The notes under the pieces were generated by a model. That model ran no database searches, was not told the origin of the DNA, and was given only the letters and a program-made list of their open reading frames with translations. 64,000 nt of DNA, taken from NCBI GenBank assembly GCA_028534125.1, contig CM052817.1, positions 103,914,001-103,978,000 on the forward strand, in the 5' to 3' direction. The stretch is from Lama glama. Its lineage: Eukaryota. Positions 12,681-26,634 of this stretch are shown here, in pieces (position 1 is the first letter of the stretch; each line of letters starts with the position of its first letter). Position numbers and translations under genes: made by a program.

Positions 12681-12757
12681 AGTTGGATTCAGTAATTCAA
12701 TAAAAAACAATGCATTTTATTTTGTTATTTTCATCCTGGGATGCAAATATGACCCAG

Positions 12758-15650
12758 AAAATAAAATGGACAAACTAGAAGAAATGGACAAGTTGTTAGA
12801 AAGATACAATCTCTGAAAAATGAACCAGGAAGAAATAGAAAATGTGAACAAACCAACTACCAGTACTGAAATTGAATCATTAATTTAAAAACTCCCAACA
12901 AACAAAAGTCCAGGACCAGATGGTTTCATAGGCAAATTCTACCAAACATTTAGAGAAGAGTTAAAACCTGTCCTTAAATTATTCCAGCAAATTTCAGAAG
13001 AAAGTATACTTCTGAACTCATTCTTTGAGGCCAGCATTACCCAGATACCAAAACAAGACAAAGATATTACAAAAAAAGAAAATTACAGGCCAATATGAAT
13101 GATTCAAAAATTCTCAACAAAATACTAGCAAACCAACTCCAGTAATACATCAAAAGGATCACACACCACGATCAAGTGGGATTTATCCCAGGGATGCAAG
13201 GATTTTTCAATATCTGCAAATCAGTCAATGTGATACAACACATTAACAAATTGAAGAATAAAAACAATGAAGAATGATCACCTCAATAGATGCAGAAAAA
13301 GCTTTTGATAAAATTCAGCATCCATTTATGATAAAATCTATCCAGAAAGTGGTTATAGAGATAATATATCTTAACATAAAAAAGGCCATATATGCAAACC
13401 CACAGCTAACATCATACTCAACAGTAAAAATTTGAAATCATTTCCTCCAAGATGAATACCAGGATAAAGATACCCTCTCTCACCACTTCTATTCAACACA
13501 GATTTGGAAGTCCAAGCCACAACAATCAGAGAAGAAAAAGAAATAAAAGAAATCCAAATTGGGAAAGAAGAAGTAAAACTGTCACTGTTTGCAGATGATG
13601 TAATACTATACATAGAAAATCCTAAAGATGCTACCAGAAAACTACTAGGGCTCATCAGTGAATTTGGCAAGGTTACAGAATACGAAGTTAACATACAGAA
13701 ATCTGTTGCACTTCTATACATTAACAATGAAATAACAGAAAAAGAAATTATGGAAACAATCCCATTTAACGTTGCATCAGGAAGAATAAAATACCTAGGA
13801 ATAAACCTACCTAAGGAGGCAAAAGAGCTGTACTCCAAAAACTATTAAGATGCTGATGAAGGAAACTGATGATGTCACAAACAGGTAGAAAGACATACCA
13901 TGTGTACTTAAATTGGAAGAATCAATATTGTTAAAATGACGATGCTCCCTTAGGCAATCTGCAGATTCAGTGAAATCCCTTTCAAGTTACCAATGTTATT
14001 TTTCACAGAACCAGAACAAAATAATGTTAGCTTTGTATGGAAACACAAAAGACCCAAAATAGGCAAAATAGTCTTTGAGAAAGAAGACAGATCTGGAGGA
14101 ATCACGCTCCCTGACTTCAGACTGTGCTGCAAAGCTCCCGCAATCAAACAGCATGATACTGGCACTGAAACAGACACATAGATCGACAGGATAGAAAGCT
14201 CAAAAATAAACTCACTCACTTATAGTCAGTCTTCAATAAAGAAGGCAAGAATGCGCAATAAAGAAAAAAGACAATCTCTTCAGTAAGTGATCCTGGGAAA
14301 GTTGGACAGCTACAAGTAAAAGAATGAAACTACAACATTATTTAACACCATATACAAAAGTGAACTCAAAATGGAGTAAAGACCTAAATGTAAGACCAGA
14401 TACTCTAAAAGTCTTAGAGGAAAACATAGACAGAAAGATCACTCTTTGACATAAATCACTGCAATATTTTTTGGATTTGTTTCCTACAGTGAAGGAAATA
14501 AAAACAAAAATAAACAAATGAGACCTAATTGAACTTAAGAGATTTTGCACAGCAAAGAAAGCAATAAAAAATGAAAAGGCAACCTACAGAATGGGAGAAA
14601 ATATTTGCAAATGATGCCCCTGACAAGGGATTAATTTCCAAAATATACAAACAGGTCATACAGCTCAATGTAAAAAAAAAACTAAATAACCCAGTTAGAA
14701 ATGGCCAGAAGACCTAAATAGACTTTTGTCCAAAGAAGACATACAGATGGCCAGTAGGCACATGAAAAGATGCCCAACATAGCTAATTATCAGAAAAATG
14801 GCAATCAAAACTACAATGAGGTATCACCTCACATCAGTCAGAATTGCCATCGTTAAAAAGTCCAACAAATGCTGGAGAGGCTGTGGAGAAAAGGGAACCT
14901 TCCTACACTGTTGGTGGGAATGTAAAGTGGTGCAGCCACTATGGAAAACAGTATGGAGGTTTCTTAAAAACTAAAAATATGCACTCCTTTGCATATAAAG
15001 CTCTTAATTCAAGAAGACACATGTACTCCAATGTTCATAGCAGCACTGTTTGTAATAATGAAGACATGGATGCAACCTAAATGTCCATCAAGAGATGAAT
15101 GGATAAAGAAGATGTGGTATATTTATATATACAATGGGGTGTTACCGTGCCATAAAAAAGAATGAAATAATGCTGTTTGTAACAGCATGGATGGACCTAG
15201 AGATTATTATATTAAGTGAAGTAAGACAGAGAAAGACAAATACATGATATCACTTATATGTGGAATCTAAAAAAAAATGGTACAAATGAACTTATTTACA
15301 AAACAGAAGAAGACTCACAGACATGAAACAAACTTGTAGTTACCAAAGGGGAAAGGGTGGGGTGAGAGATAAATTAGAAGTTTAGGATTAACAGATACAC
15401 ACTACTATGTATAAAATAGATCAACAGGGACCTATAGTTCCAATAGGGAACTATATTCAGTATCTTGTAATAACCTATAATGGAAAAGAATCTGAAAAAG
15501 AATATGTATATGTATATATGTGTATATATATGAGTATATACATATGAATGTGTGTGTGTGTATATAAAAACTGAATCATTTTGCTGTAGACCTGGAACTA
15601 ACATGACATTGTAAATCAACTCTACACTAATAAAAAACAAATTAAAAAAG
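12758..15650 (+). mobile_element. 5'-truncated LINE-1 (disrupted ORF2 RT/C-terminus plus 3' UTR)
   Basis: RT motif [15 protein letters not shown] and KYLGINL (ORF 13504-13848), GGITLPDF (13993-14181), 3' UTR with microsatellite and aataaa tail; perfect 13-bp TSD aaatatgacccag at 12745-12757 and 15651-15663. Confidence 0.97.
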
Positions 15651-16809
15651 AAATATGACCCAGGCATGGTCCCAATCTGTGTATAAAAATGCCTATTATC
15701 TCATTTATGTCTGTTTTCCTCTGCAAATAAATTATCTGAACTAAAAAGTAATTCTTTAAGATACGAAGTCGAACTTCAAGAATAAAACATTTTTTGTGTT
15801 CTTTCCTTACATCATGACAATTTAAAAGATATATATACCGCACATGGGTATATTAAAATCAGTCTTTTTTTATTAGAATAATTTTCTCACTTTGTGGAGG
15901 AACTATTGCACGTAGCACAGTTGAGGGGCGTCAGCCGGGGGAATGTACCTTCTGTCTGAGATGCTGGCTGTTTTGTTTGCTCCCTGTGGCAAAGAGTAAT
16001 TGTCTTTGGGAGTCCACTCAATTCAGACCCGGACAACACGCGAAGAGGTGCTTTAACTCCATGCTTTGTAATGACAAGCAAACACAAAGAGTATTATCAG
16101 GTCACAGGATGAGCTGAAGATTATATAATCAATTTAAGAAGACAAACGTGTGTTCTTATATGGACATGTATTACAAAGGAAATAGATGAGAGTTCTGGTA
16201 TTGGATTTCAGTTTCTCCTCTAAAAAGTACTTTGGTGGCCAAGTCAAACGTAAGAGCAGTGCTTTGTAATGCAGGTTCCGCGGGGTCGGCCCACCTCGTG
16301 TTTGTCACAGCACACACCTATCCCACCCTGCTTCAGGGCACTCAGTCTCAGCCGCCTAGACCCTGCAGTCAGTGAAAGGACTCAAGGTTCTACTTTGCAG
16401 GTCGCCACTCAAATGCGTTCTCCAGACCAACTCTCCTAACTCCTCACTGTTTGCAACTCAAAGCAGTTCCTTCTGTATTTACCATGTTCTTAAGTGCCTG
16501 CCACTCCTGTCCTCTGACGTGTTTTCTCTCTTTGTAGGGTGCTGTTCTCTCTGACACCTAGGTCCATGTCCTTCTACATAACATCCAGTCATTTTCACAT
16601 CACTCTTTCTGAGTCATGGTGCAGCAGTCTGAAGATTTTGTGGTGTCTCCCACTTTAGAAGGGAGAATCAGTTTCAGATGGAGTATGACAAAACCAGAAT
16701 CTCCTCCACCAACATCAAATACTTCTTCTGGCTGTGGTTTTTACTTTTTAGCCATTACCTGTATGATGGCAGGTTACACTGCCCTGTCTTTTTCCAGAAT
16801 ACAAGCCAG

Positions 16810-17095
16810 CAGTTGATAAGAGCTAACATTTCTTTTTGAAACAGTCGCCATGTGCAGAGACCTGCTATAAATGCTTTACATCTATAAATTCGTTTAACTC
16901 TTACGCCAACTCTATCAAGCAGATTTTATTATTCCCATTTTTGTAGATGAGGAACCTGGGGGTAGAGAGAGATTCCTCATCTGCAAAATTTAGTAACTTG
17001 CCCTACTCACACTTTTAGTAATAAGAGGAAGTGAGGTGGAAATTCAAGCAATCAGCCTCCCCAGTTTGCACTTGTAATTGTTACACTATGCTGCC
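16810..17095 (-). mobile_element. MIR with an internal inverted duplication
   Basis: attcccatttttgtagatgaggaacctg...ttagtaacttgccc core. Confidence 0.8.
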
Positions 17096-18649
17096 TCTCA
17101 AGACCTTGGATTTTCACTCTTCCTGGAGTTAATAGCAAACTGCAGTGTCTGTCCTGTCAATAGCCGCTATATATTTAGACGAAGAACATGGAATCAGGTT
17201 GGAGTCCTCAATTCTAAGTGAAAATGATCCCAAATTGCACAGAGCTGGGTCCGAACGTGTTATCACCTTACAAGGAAGGTACAAGTGAGCAGAGAATCAA
17301 TACACAGTCCACCGAAGCCACATCTCCCACCTACTCAAGCCTGTGCAGAGCTACGCATCCTTTGGTCCCCGGCTGCTGCTAGCCAGTCAGTACAACTGCG
17401 CTGCCCTCCTGCAACAGGCTCGTCTCTTCTGCATTGTTTGATTTCCTTCCTGAGGCAGAGTCTCCTGGTTGTCTCCCGTTATCCACTCTCCCTCCTGAGC
17501 AAAAGAGCGACTCAGCCGAGATAGTTTCCAGCTCCATTGTTTCACGGGGGCGACCAGGTGACCAGGTTCCCGTCACTGAGATGCGAGCAGATGTGTATGG
17601 GGTATGTAAGGAGGCTAGTCTTCTCAGTCATCCTCTCGCCTAGGTGCTGGCTGTTAGGGCTGCAGGTCTGGCAGTCAGCCTGGACTGTGAAAAGGGGCAT
17701 CCTCCACGAATGGCTGTGAGGTGAGCTGGAGGGAGGCGGGGTCTGAGTACAGCCTTGAGGGACCCCTCTGCTGGCCATGGGCACCATGTGTCCAGGTGTT
17801 TTGATATAGAAAAGAAAGAAACTTCTGTCTTGTTTAAGCAACTCTTATTTCGGGCTTCATTGCATCGTACTGCTGAACTGAATGGATACATTCTTTAAGT
17901 AGATGCCGTAAGTTTTGAGCAATGGACAAAAAAGGACAATAGAAAATCAGGTAACCAGGATGACAGTAATTTGCACATGAAGTAGTTTAGAGTTAGTTGC
18001 TTTTCTTGGAATAGAAATTTATTTATTCTACTGGTACTGCTTTTCACAGAAAATAGTATTCATCAGAAAAATGTCTTCAGGATATTATCCACGAGAAAGA
18101 AAATAGAGTGATCAAAGCAATATTAGAATAACTCAGCATAAAAGAAGTGTTTTTTCCAACAAAAAGATATTCTTTGGTAATCTTACAGATGATATCTTTC
18201 CCTTTTCTTAACAACTTTTTTTTATTGTTACAATTATTATTGTGTGTGATTGGAAGTGTAGAACTTGGATATTTTAAAATATTTTAGGCATGTGTTTTAT
18301 TGTTTTTTTTCCTTTATTTTTAAAAACACAATGTTGGTACTAATATTTAAACAAAGCTTTCCTTCCTTTCTCATCTCTTGCTCCTAAACCCTCTGTGAAT
18401 TTGTTGTCCCCTAAAAATGAGTCATCTGAGATCTGAATACTAACTAGTGAACAGAAGTCTTTTGTTGCTCTAAAGATTAGTTGCTCCTGTGACCCATTCA
18501 TCCTCATTTTTACCAACACCCCCGCCCCCAAACACTCAGGTCATTGTCACCTTTGGCATGACTCGCTAGCTGGGACGCTGGTAGGTCCAGGAGTCTACAG
18601 GACTTTCAGTCCTGACTCTACCACTGAGGACTTGAGTGACCTTGAGTCA

Positions 18650-18895
18650 TAATACCTGCTAATATGTTGAGCATCAGTCCATGGCAGGCACTTGTCTGAT
18701 CTTTCTGCATGTTTTAGCTCATTCAGTCCACACGACAACGCACTGAGATGAGCATCATTACTTGAGGATTACGTAGTAGGAACTTGAGACAGAGAGTAAA
18801 TACTTTGCTCAAACTTTTACAGTTAGGAAGTGAAGGAGCTGGACTTCAACTCAGCCCAGATGGTGATGGATCCTGCATTCATAGCCTCTACCTGG
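18650..18895 (-). mobile_element. MIR (a + strand MIR-like fragment abuts at about 18580-18650)
   Basis: ctcattcagtccacacgacaac...ggaacttgagacagagagtaaatactttgctcaa...ggagctggacttcaactcag. Confidence 0.7.
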
Positions 18896-20649
18896 GAAGT
18901 TCTATAACCACTACAGAACCCTGTACTCATCTCTTACATAAGGATACCTCTTAGCCAATGGTTTTGATAGCTTCTGTTTCAGAGTTTGTTATTAACATAG
19001 TGTCAATAGATTATAATTGGGCATGACCTAGTCATGAGTCACAGAGATCTCATGTAACTGACAGTCTCCCAATACCCTCCAGTGCACCAGCCAGATACCT
19101 TGTGAAAAATAAAATTTCCGGAGGCCACCAAAAACCTTTAGTTTTCTGATACAGGTCAGTAGCTGGCCTGGAATAGCTACAGCAAGTTCTAAATCATCTG
19201 CAAAATGGACTGTTAATTCAGACACTAGCCAGTTTTGTCCCCATATGCTTTCTTCCTTGCTGTAATCTGACAATGACACGTGGGCATGTCTCCCTCGCTT
19301 CCTTATGATCCTGTGGTTGGCTGGATCCTGATGGTACGGAACATAGTTTTGTGGAGTGATTTTTACCTGGCAGAATTAGACAACTTGGATCTAAACATTG
19401 CCTACTGGTATGCGAAGTTCTCACGTATCTACCATTATTTCCACAGTGGTTTGCAAACTGCTGTATCAAGAAGTTAATGAGTCTTTTGCATTGCTTCAAT
19501 ATTTTCCACAAGATCGTACTGTAATTGAAAGTTAAAGGTCTGTGGATTTTTTTTTTGGTTGAATTAACCTAAAATAGAAGAAAGCTAAAGTGGCCTTATT
19601 GGTCAGTTAAGAGATGTGTTTATTGGCATTGTTCACTTGGTTTTAATGAGGCCTGCAGTGTTTTATGGAGCGTGGACAGTCTTGGTGCTTAGCGCATAAA
19701 ATGTTGCTTGGCCAACTCCTTCAACATCCTGCCATACTTCAGTAAACTCCACAGGAGTTTTCTTCATGTGCCCCATTTGATATTTACTTGGCAAGTGACT
19801 TCTAAAACCATTTCTGCAAGTTGTTGTATTGGCACTGTTACAGAAAAGGGTGTTTGGTGAAAGTAATCAAAACATATAAATGTTCCAACATTCCCTTGCT
19901 TAAGCCAAGAGAAAAGGACCCGGGAGACTTCATTTTACTTAGCACAGTAGAATAAAAGCCATTGCATGATAAATGTAGTGAAGATCGCGTTTGTCATACT
20001 GTAACGATTCAAGATATGTTAAATATGTGAATAAGACGTAACAGGAGATGGTAAGTAACACATGATGGCAAGGACCACATTCATAAATTACTAAGAAAAA
20101 CTAACAAATATTTACATAAAATTTTTTCATGACTTAAAAATTGCATAACACCATGTAGCACTATGTCTCGAGAACATGGTAAATTTTCTAACACATATTC
20201 TTATTAATTGTATTTTAGTTTGGTTGGATTTCTCCACGGTTAAAATCTCATCTATCCCAGTGGATGCGTATCTAAGTATTGATTGTCAGAACTTCTGTTG
20301 CCTGCAGTAAAAAGATGCTTCTAAGTATAGCAAAGGGGATTCTTTAGAGTCAATGACTTACATACAGTTGAAAAAAATTTTTAGGTCAAATAAACAGTGA
20401 AGTCCTTCACTGTAGCCCTTGGGTGATGTGGAGAGAACACTTATTTCCAGGTCGCTTTCCCTAGAGAAGTGTGATGCACAAGGTTGGTCCAGTGGGTTCT
20501 GTCATTGTAGGTCAAATAAAGGTCAAAGCTGATTAACCCAATGACAAGTTGTGATGAATATTCCATCTTAACACCTGAATTTGACAGAAAGTGTATTTTT
20601 TTCTCTAGTCTTTACCGAAGTCATGATGAAAGAAATTATCCATTCTGAT

Positions 20650-21250
20650 ACAGACCAGAGAATGCCAGGGAGCAATCTGGGAAAGACGACAGTCACAGAG
20701 CAGGCTGACTGAGAGTAAGTGAAGGAGCCTCTATAGAAGTAGAAGGGTATTAACTTTATCTCCGAAGCACTGAAGGATTTTAAGCAGAAGCCTGTTGGGA
20801 TTTGATTGGTTGGTTGAAGCCCTTCCTCTGGCATCTAAAAAGAGAATGGATTCAAATGGATGCAGTTGAAACTGAGGAAGATGTTTTCTTCCAGGCGGAA
20901 GATCATGCATATGGGAGCTAGGGCAGATTAGTAGGTATATGGGAGAGGTAGTAAATTTGAGAATCATTTATAAGAAAAAAAGTGTGTCAGGGCTTGATAA
21001 TTGATTGAATGTGAGAGGGAGGGGGCTGATTCTGACTCTCAGGTTGCTGGAATGGGGAACTGGGTAGGCTTAATTTTCAGTCACTGAGTTAGGCAATCTA
21101 GGGATAGGGATGTTTTTGGGAAGATGATGCGTTCAGTTATTCATGGCTTTTGTTCGCTTTGAAATATGGATGAGTTTGGAGATGAAACTCATTAAGTGGA
21201 GGAGCTATTTAAAGCTGGTGATATTGTCATTCTGGATCTTAGTTGAAACT
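20650..21250 (-). mobile_element. L2 fragment
   Basis: gaagcactgaaggattttaagcag, gggcttgataattgattgaatgtg, gactctcaggtt, gatgatgcgttcagtt. Confidence 0.7.
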
Positions 21251-22511
21251 TGGGGATCAAAGGGAAGCAAGATGGAAAATAATTAGTCCAGAATAAAAGA
21301 CAAGAGAATCATTATTCAGAACATTAATGAGGAAGCCATAAAGCTCTTCTCCATCCCAGGAAGAACTTCAGGACACATTTCATCATATTATTCAGCGTCT
21401 TTATTATTTGATGCATAAACATTGTTACAATCTAATTCCTAGTCTCTGGTGTAAATATATATTTCTGATATGAAACACATCTGCACCACAAATTCTTTAG
21501 AAGTAGATGTAATCCAGATGGGATTGCAAATTCTTGACAAATTTCATCTAATCAGATTATGAAAAAAAATGTTCACACACGCACAAAATCAGCAAGACTA
21601 ATGTGACTCAAAATGATATTTGGAACCATAGTTTTTTCCCCCTTAGTTCCATAGCAACTGGGAGCTAACAACACTGATCTCTTTTTAAATGTTTCAGAAT
21701 TTAAACACATGGTTTGGACAGATGGTCAGTGGAAAGGTTTCTTGAAAAATTGCTCAATGAATAGTAATCTTTAAGAAAATGTTATTTTTCCTTAAAATAT
21801 GCAGAGTAGAGGCATCAGTAAATTCTATGTATCCTGTTCCAAAATGTTCCAAAACATTTAACTTTGGTTACTTTCATATTGAGTCATAAAGCTAAAGAAG
21901 CTGTTTCTGTAACTGAGATTCATAGTCCCCCCCCTTTTTTTCTGCCCTAGGATTACCTTTAGAGAGTGACTGAGAGCTTATTTAGAGAATCTTGGGTGTT
22001 AGGAATAGTAATCCTCATGATAACTTCGTACATGTCTGTCTGCAATACAGTATAGAGCACAGTCAACTAAAAAGGGTAACTCTTTCAAGAACACTCACCT
22101 TTTAGCATGATAAATATATGATAAATAGTAACTCTTTTTGTCTCTGGAGGCAAATGCAGCATGTACAATGCTTTTGGAGTGGTTCCAATTTTTCCTTTCT
22201 CTGGAATTCTTTAAAATGAATTCTAAGGCACAGCCTTGTAAGAAAGAAAACGTTCACAGGGGAAAGTTTGGACACACAATCTTAGAACTAGGTTTTTAAA
22301 ACTGAAATCTATTTCAGGTTTTAATGTAGACCCATACATTGCTAAATGAAGAAAAGAATCAATATTTATCTTCCACTGTCATTATTAGAAAAATTTCTAA
22401 ACTCTGTGTGATAAATATATTTTTATATTTTTTCAGTGATCTCATTTGCTTTGTTCTCTAAGTTTCCTTATGAAATTATATTTCTACCGTTTTATGATTT
22501 AAAATTAATGT

Positions 22512-22583
22512 TTTAAAATTAAGGAGCTATGACTAGTAGCTTTAAATGATTTAAAATTAAGGAGCTATGACTAGTAGCTTTAA
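22512..22583. repeat. Perfect 34-bp direct duplication, period 38
   Basis: tttaaaattaaggagctatgactagtagctttaa at 22512-22545 and 22550-22583. Confidence 0.95.
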
Positions 22584-25500
22584 GCAATGAAGTAATTTCT
22601 TTCAGAACCAATTGCTACACATGGTAAAGAATTAAACACCACGAGATAATAATAATATGTTGTCTACCATTGTAAATAAATTTTAAGTTTCTAATAAAGA
22701 TAAAAACACATTTTCGTAAACAGAATGGTTTTAATGGTTTCTTAAATCAACATGTTCTTTATAAAAATGCTTTCTTCCCCTAGTAGTTCAATAAAACTCC
22801 AATTCTATTTTTCCTAATGGCTTGGAAAATAATTTAAAAGGAACATCATTTTATGTGTTCGTTTTTTTGAATAAGAACAAAAACAGGATTTGGTGTTTTT
22901 GCAGAGAATTCCTGCATCACATGAGTTTGGTTTTACACATCTTCTTGATGAGGGAGTTGTCAGGCATCAGAAAAAGAGTAAGTGATGTAATTGCTGTCTG
23001 TGATTGACCATTCAGTTATTAAACAAAGCACAGGGTTACCACTGCCTGGCTTGCCCAGAAGTCCCTCCTACATATCCAATTTCTGGTTTAGTTCTTTTTC
23101 CCCTTTGTATCTTTGGGAATGCCATAAAATGGATCTTATTCTGTTGAACTTTGATTCAATTCCACGACTAGTTATTGGTTGCTTACTATGTCCTTGAACT
23201 ATGCTAAGCCTAGAAAATAGAAATAGGAAAGAATGGGAAGACATGAATTGCTTCTGTCCTCAAGGTGCTTATAATTATGTTAAGAAGGCAAGTCATAGTT
23301 TATCAATTTGTAACGGTTGTGACGTCTACCACCATAGCCGCTTCTTCCAAATTATACTGCCTTGCCCCAGCCCCCTGCCTTAGGAATCCCAGGCTACACG
23401 TTCTTGACCCAGAGGTGAGTGTTTGACCCATCTGTGTACCATCTGTGGACTTGCCAGCAACTCTCGGGTCCACTGGAAGGGTTCTGCCAACAAGGTGTCA
23501 TTATCATTGACTTTTTAGGAAATGCAGAGCATAAAACAGGGCAGACACACAGAGAGAGCAGAATGATACAGACACACACATACACACAAAGTGCTATATT
23601 TATATTCACATACATAGTAGTATGTGCATATATAGAGATTATATATGTATATATACTATGTGTATATGTATGTGTGTGTGTGTAAATATAAATATGGGCT
23701 ATGAATTAACCAGCACTTGGCAGCTTCCCAGAATTATAGAGCTGAATAGGATTAAAAATGTTTTTGCCACATACACCAATGATAAAGTAGACTGTTAGGA
23801 ATATCCAGGGCAGGTGATTCTATAATTACATTTCTATCCTCTTTTCAAGTTAATTTATTTTCCCTGCTTAAATTTTCTTAATGCCTAAGTTGATACTCTC
23901 TTGGTACAATATAGATTTTTATTATCTACCTATCTGTCCATCTATTTTTACTAATATGACATTTTATATAACACCGAGATAACCCTCTTTTTCTGTTTCT
24001 TATTCTATGAGATCATTTTATGACTTCATACACCTTTAAAAAATTGCACTTTATTTTTCTTAAATAATAGCATTTGTGATCATCTTGCATAATGAGTTGG
24101 TCTCTTCCGGAGCTTGGGTAAACTGAGAAGTATGAGGAGGGCAAAGTGAGTTGATTTTCTAAGAAGATGGTCATGCTCACCGATCTGTGTCTTTAGAGAG
24201 TGACTTGAAATCAATAAATTCCAGCAGTGATATCATTACAATTTTCTACTGATTTCTTTGTCCTGGAATCCAGACAGGAAAATAGCAGAGAATTTATTCC
24301 CCACATCTGCTCTGTAGCTCAGTGTAAGTATAAGCTTGAAGTTAATGTTCACTGATGTATCTTATAGTCAATGTCACGATACTCTGTGGATACGTCAAGT
24401 CATAGCATCATGGTAATTCTATTCTATTTAGAATTAACTATATCATGTTAAGCCTTGTGATCTTTGAAAGGATGCTTGGTTGAAGTTCTCTAGGTAGAGA
24501 GACACATTTTCAAGTCCTGCCACTCCAGCTTTGCTTATACATTACTCTGTATTCATTAGTGTAAGTTACTCCATCTGGCAGATGTAAAAGAGACAGCGTA
24601 GCTGTGAGACAACTTGAAAATTTGGCATGTTTTAGTAGCCTCAAGGGGCCAATAATGTGAATGAAGACACATGATTTGAAAGCATTTACAGCACAATAGT
24701 TTTGAAGACTTGCATGTGAAGCTCACATATTCTTCCTGAAAAGAGGCAGATTAGGAAGTTGCAACCATCTTAGTGCTTCTTGGTCTTGTTACATTGCACT
24801 AGTTTCTTTACATTTTTGTTTACTTTTGATCTGCCTATACTCTGTCTCCTAACTGTAGCATCAATTTAAGGGCATCAACTGTTTTTAAAAATTAATCTGT
24901 ATCTTCAGCATTTAGCAGAGTCCCATGTAGAAGGTGACCGTCCCAATCCATAAACAATATTTCTGTGATTGTTGTTGAATTCAGTTTCGAGTTGGGGGTC
25001 TTCATTCTTTGAAGTAGCAGAAAGGAATTGGCATTGGATTCAAGCTTTCCCTTCCTTTTGCCCAGGGGGTTGGGGGTCGGAGATAGGAGACAGTGAGACA
25101 GGACCAGGGTGACACAAGGTTGGGACTGGATACATAATCCACTCAACTACTAACACGTTCACCATTTATCTCAGAGTTAGAGGAGTGAACTGGTTGCTGC
25201 TAAATTTCCCTTCCATGGCTGTGCTCAAAGCCCCTTCAGATCCATCCCCTTTAGATGTTTCAGAGTTAATTTGGTTACACCCTTAACATGCTGGGCTGTA
25301 AGGAACTCTGTGAGGCTTTGTCGACCTAAATACTGTTTTTTTCTTTTCCTTCTTCTTCTTCAAATCTTTGAGAAGCACAGCTCAGTTTTTCCCTGTTCCA
25401 TAGATTCATAAATTCATTGAAGGGTTCTGTCCTCAGTTCAGAAAATCTAGAAAAGCTATATCCTGCTGGGCAGGAGATGAGTTGTCCATTGTGAGGGAGT

Positions 25501-26494
25501 CTGGTTTCTATTCCTTTTGTGTTCACCAAAATTTTTTAGATCTTTTTGTTTTAGCAAGAGATTTTCCTATTCCTCCAGACCTAAGGGCTTAAAATTTAAA
25601 AGTCAGAAAGAAATAATTTGATTAGCGGGCCACAGTGTAAGAAAACATAGAAAATGAACATGCAACGTCTCTAAATATTAGCCCTCGATCGCCCAACATT
25701 GAAAATTTCTCATTGAGTAAATGTTATCACTGATGATGATTTGTTTATGGCACACTGACTGCCTAACTTAACATCTTTTGTATAAATGGCTAAACTAATA
25801 TTTTCTCTTTTTATTTTATTAAATATGGTCCCTCTTTTCCACATGGGTGATATCTGGGCACAAAAGGACTAATTGTTTTGTTTTAACTTATACATTTTCT
25901 GGATGTGCACTGGATTATATTATGATACTCATTTCTCTTTTAACCATTATTTTTCCCACCTTGGTTTTAGGAGGAGTGTCTTTACCTTTGTCACAGTAAA
26001 GATTATAATCTAAGTTTAAGGAATAGTAGAGAAAGGCCTAGGAGATAACTTGAAATCAAGTGACTATTACTGATTTCCTGAAACAAAATAATGTTGCTGC
26101 CCTGAGGAGACAATTGTGGAAAGTTGGACGATGTGCAGGGAGGGGATGCGACCAAGGAGGTGAGGGAACAGGGGAGTGAGTTGAGCAACAGTGGCAAAGC
26201 AAGGCTTGATTTCTGACTTGGACTGTGACCTTGGACTAGTTACCTTTTCTGTCTGGAACACAGGTTCTTCTCTAAAAAGTGAGATTCGTTGCTTGAGAAA
26301 TGAGCTGATTTCTCAAGATTCTGTAGACTTCTATAATTCGAATAAAAAGTAAAGAATTTCATCTGAATAAAAATGCTACTGATACTGTCGAGATTAATTG
26401 ACCTATTTTTTTCTTTGATGATTACAATCTTCTTAACATGTTAAGGAAAGGTGAACAAATCTGGAGACTACAATCTTTGAGAATGAACTTTTCT

Positions 26495-26634
26495 GGGGGA
26501 GAGTATGGTGCAGTGGTAGAGTGCCTGCCTAGCATGTGCAAGTTCCTGGGTTCAATTCCCAGTCCCTCCATTAAAAGTAAATAAATAAACCTAATTAACC
26601 CCTAAACAAATAAAAATTTAAAAAATATCATAAA
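26495..26634 (+). mobile_element. Vic-1-like SINE
   Basis: gggggagagtatggtgcagtggtagagtgcc...ctgggttcaattcccagt, AT-rich tail; diverged 16-bp TSD gagaatgaa.t.t.ct at 26479-26494 and 26635-26650. Confidence 0.92.

Noticed and set aside
13504..14181. RT-like ORFs as a functional or domesticated reverse transcriptase
   Set aside because: Fragments of an ordinary L1 ORF2 broken by stops and frameshifts.
511..22583. Short direct repeats as a CRISPR-like array
   Set aside because: Only two copies each, no unique spacers, mammalian context.
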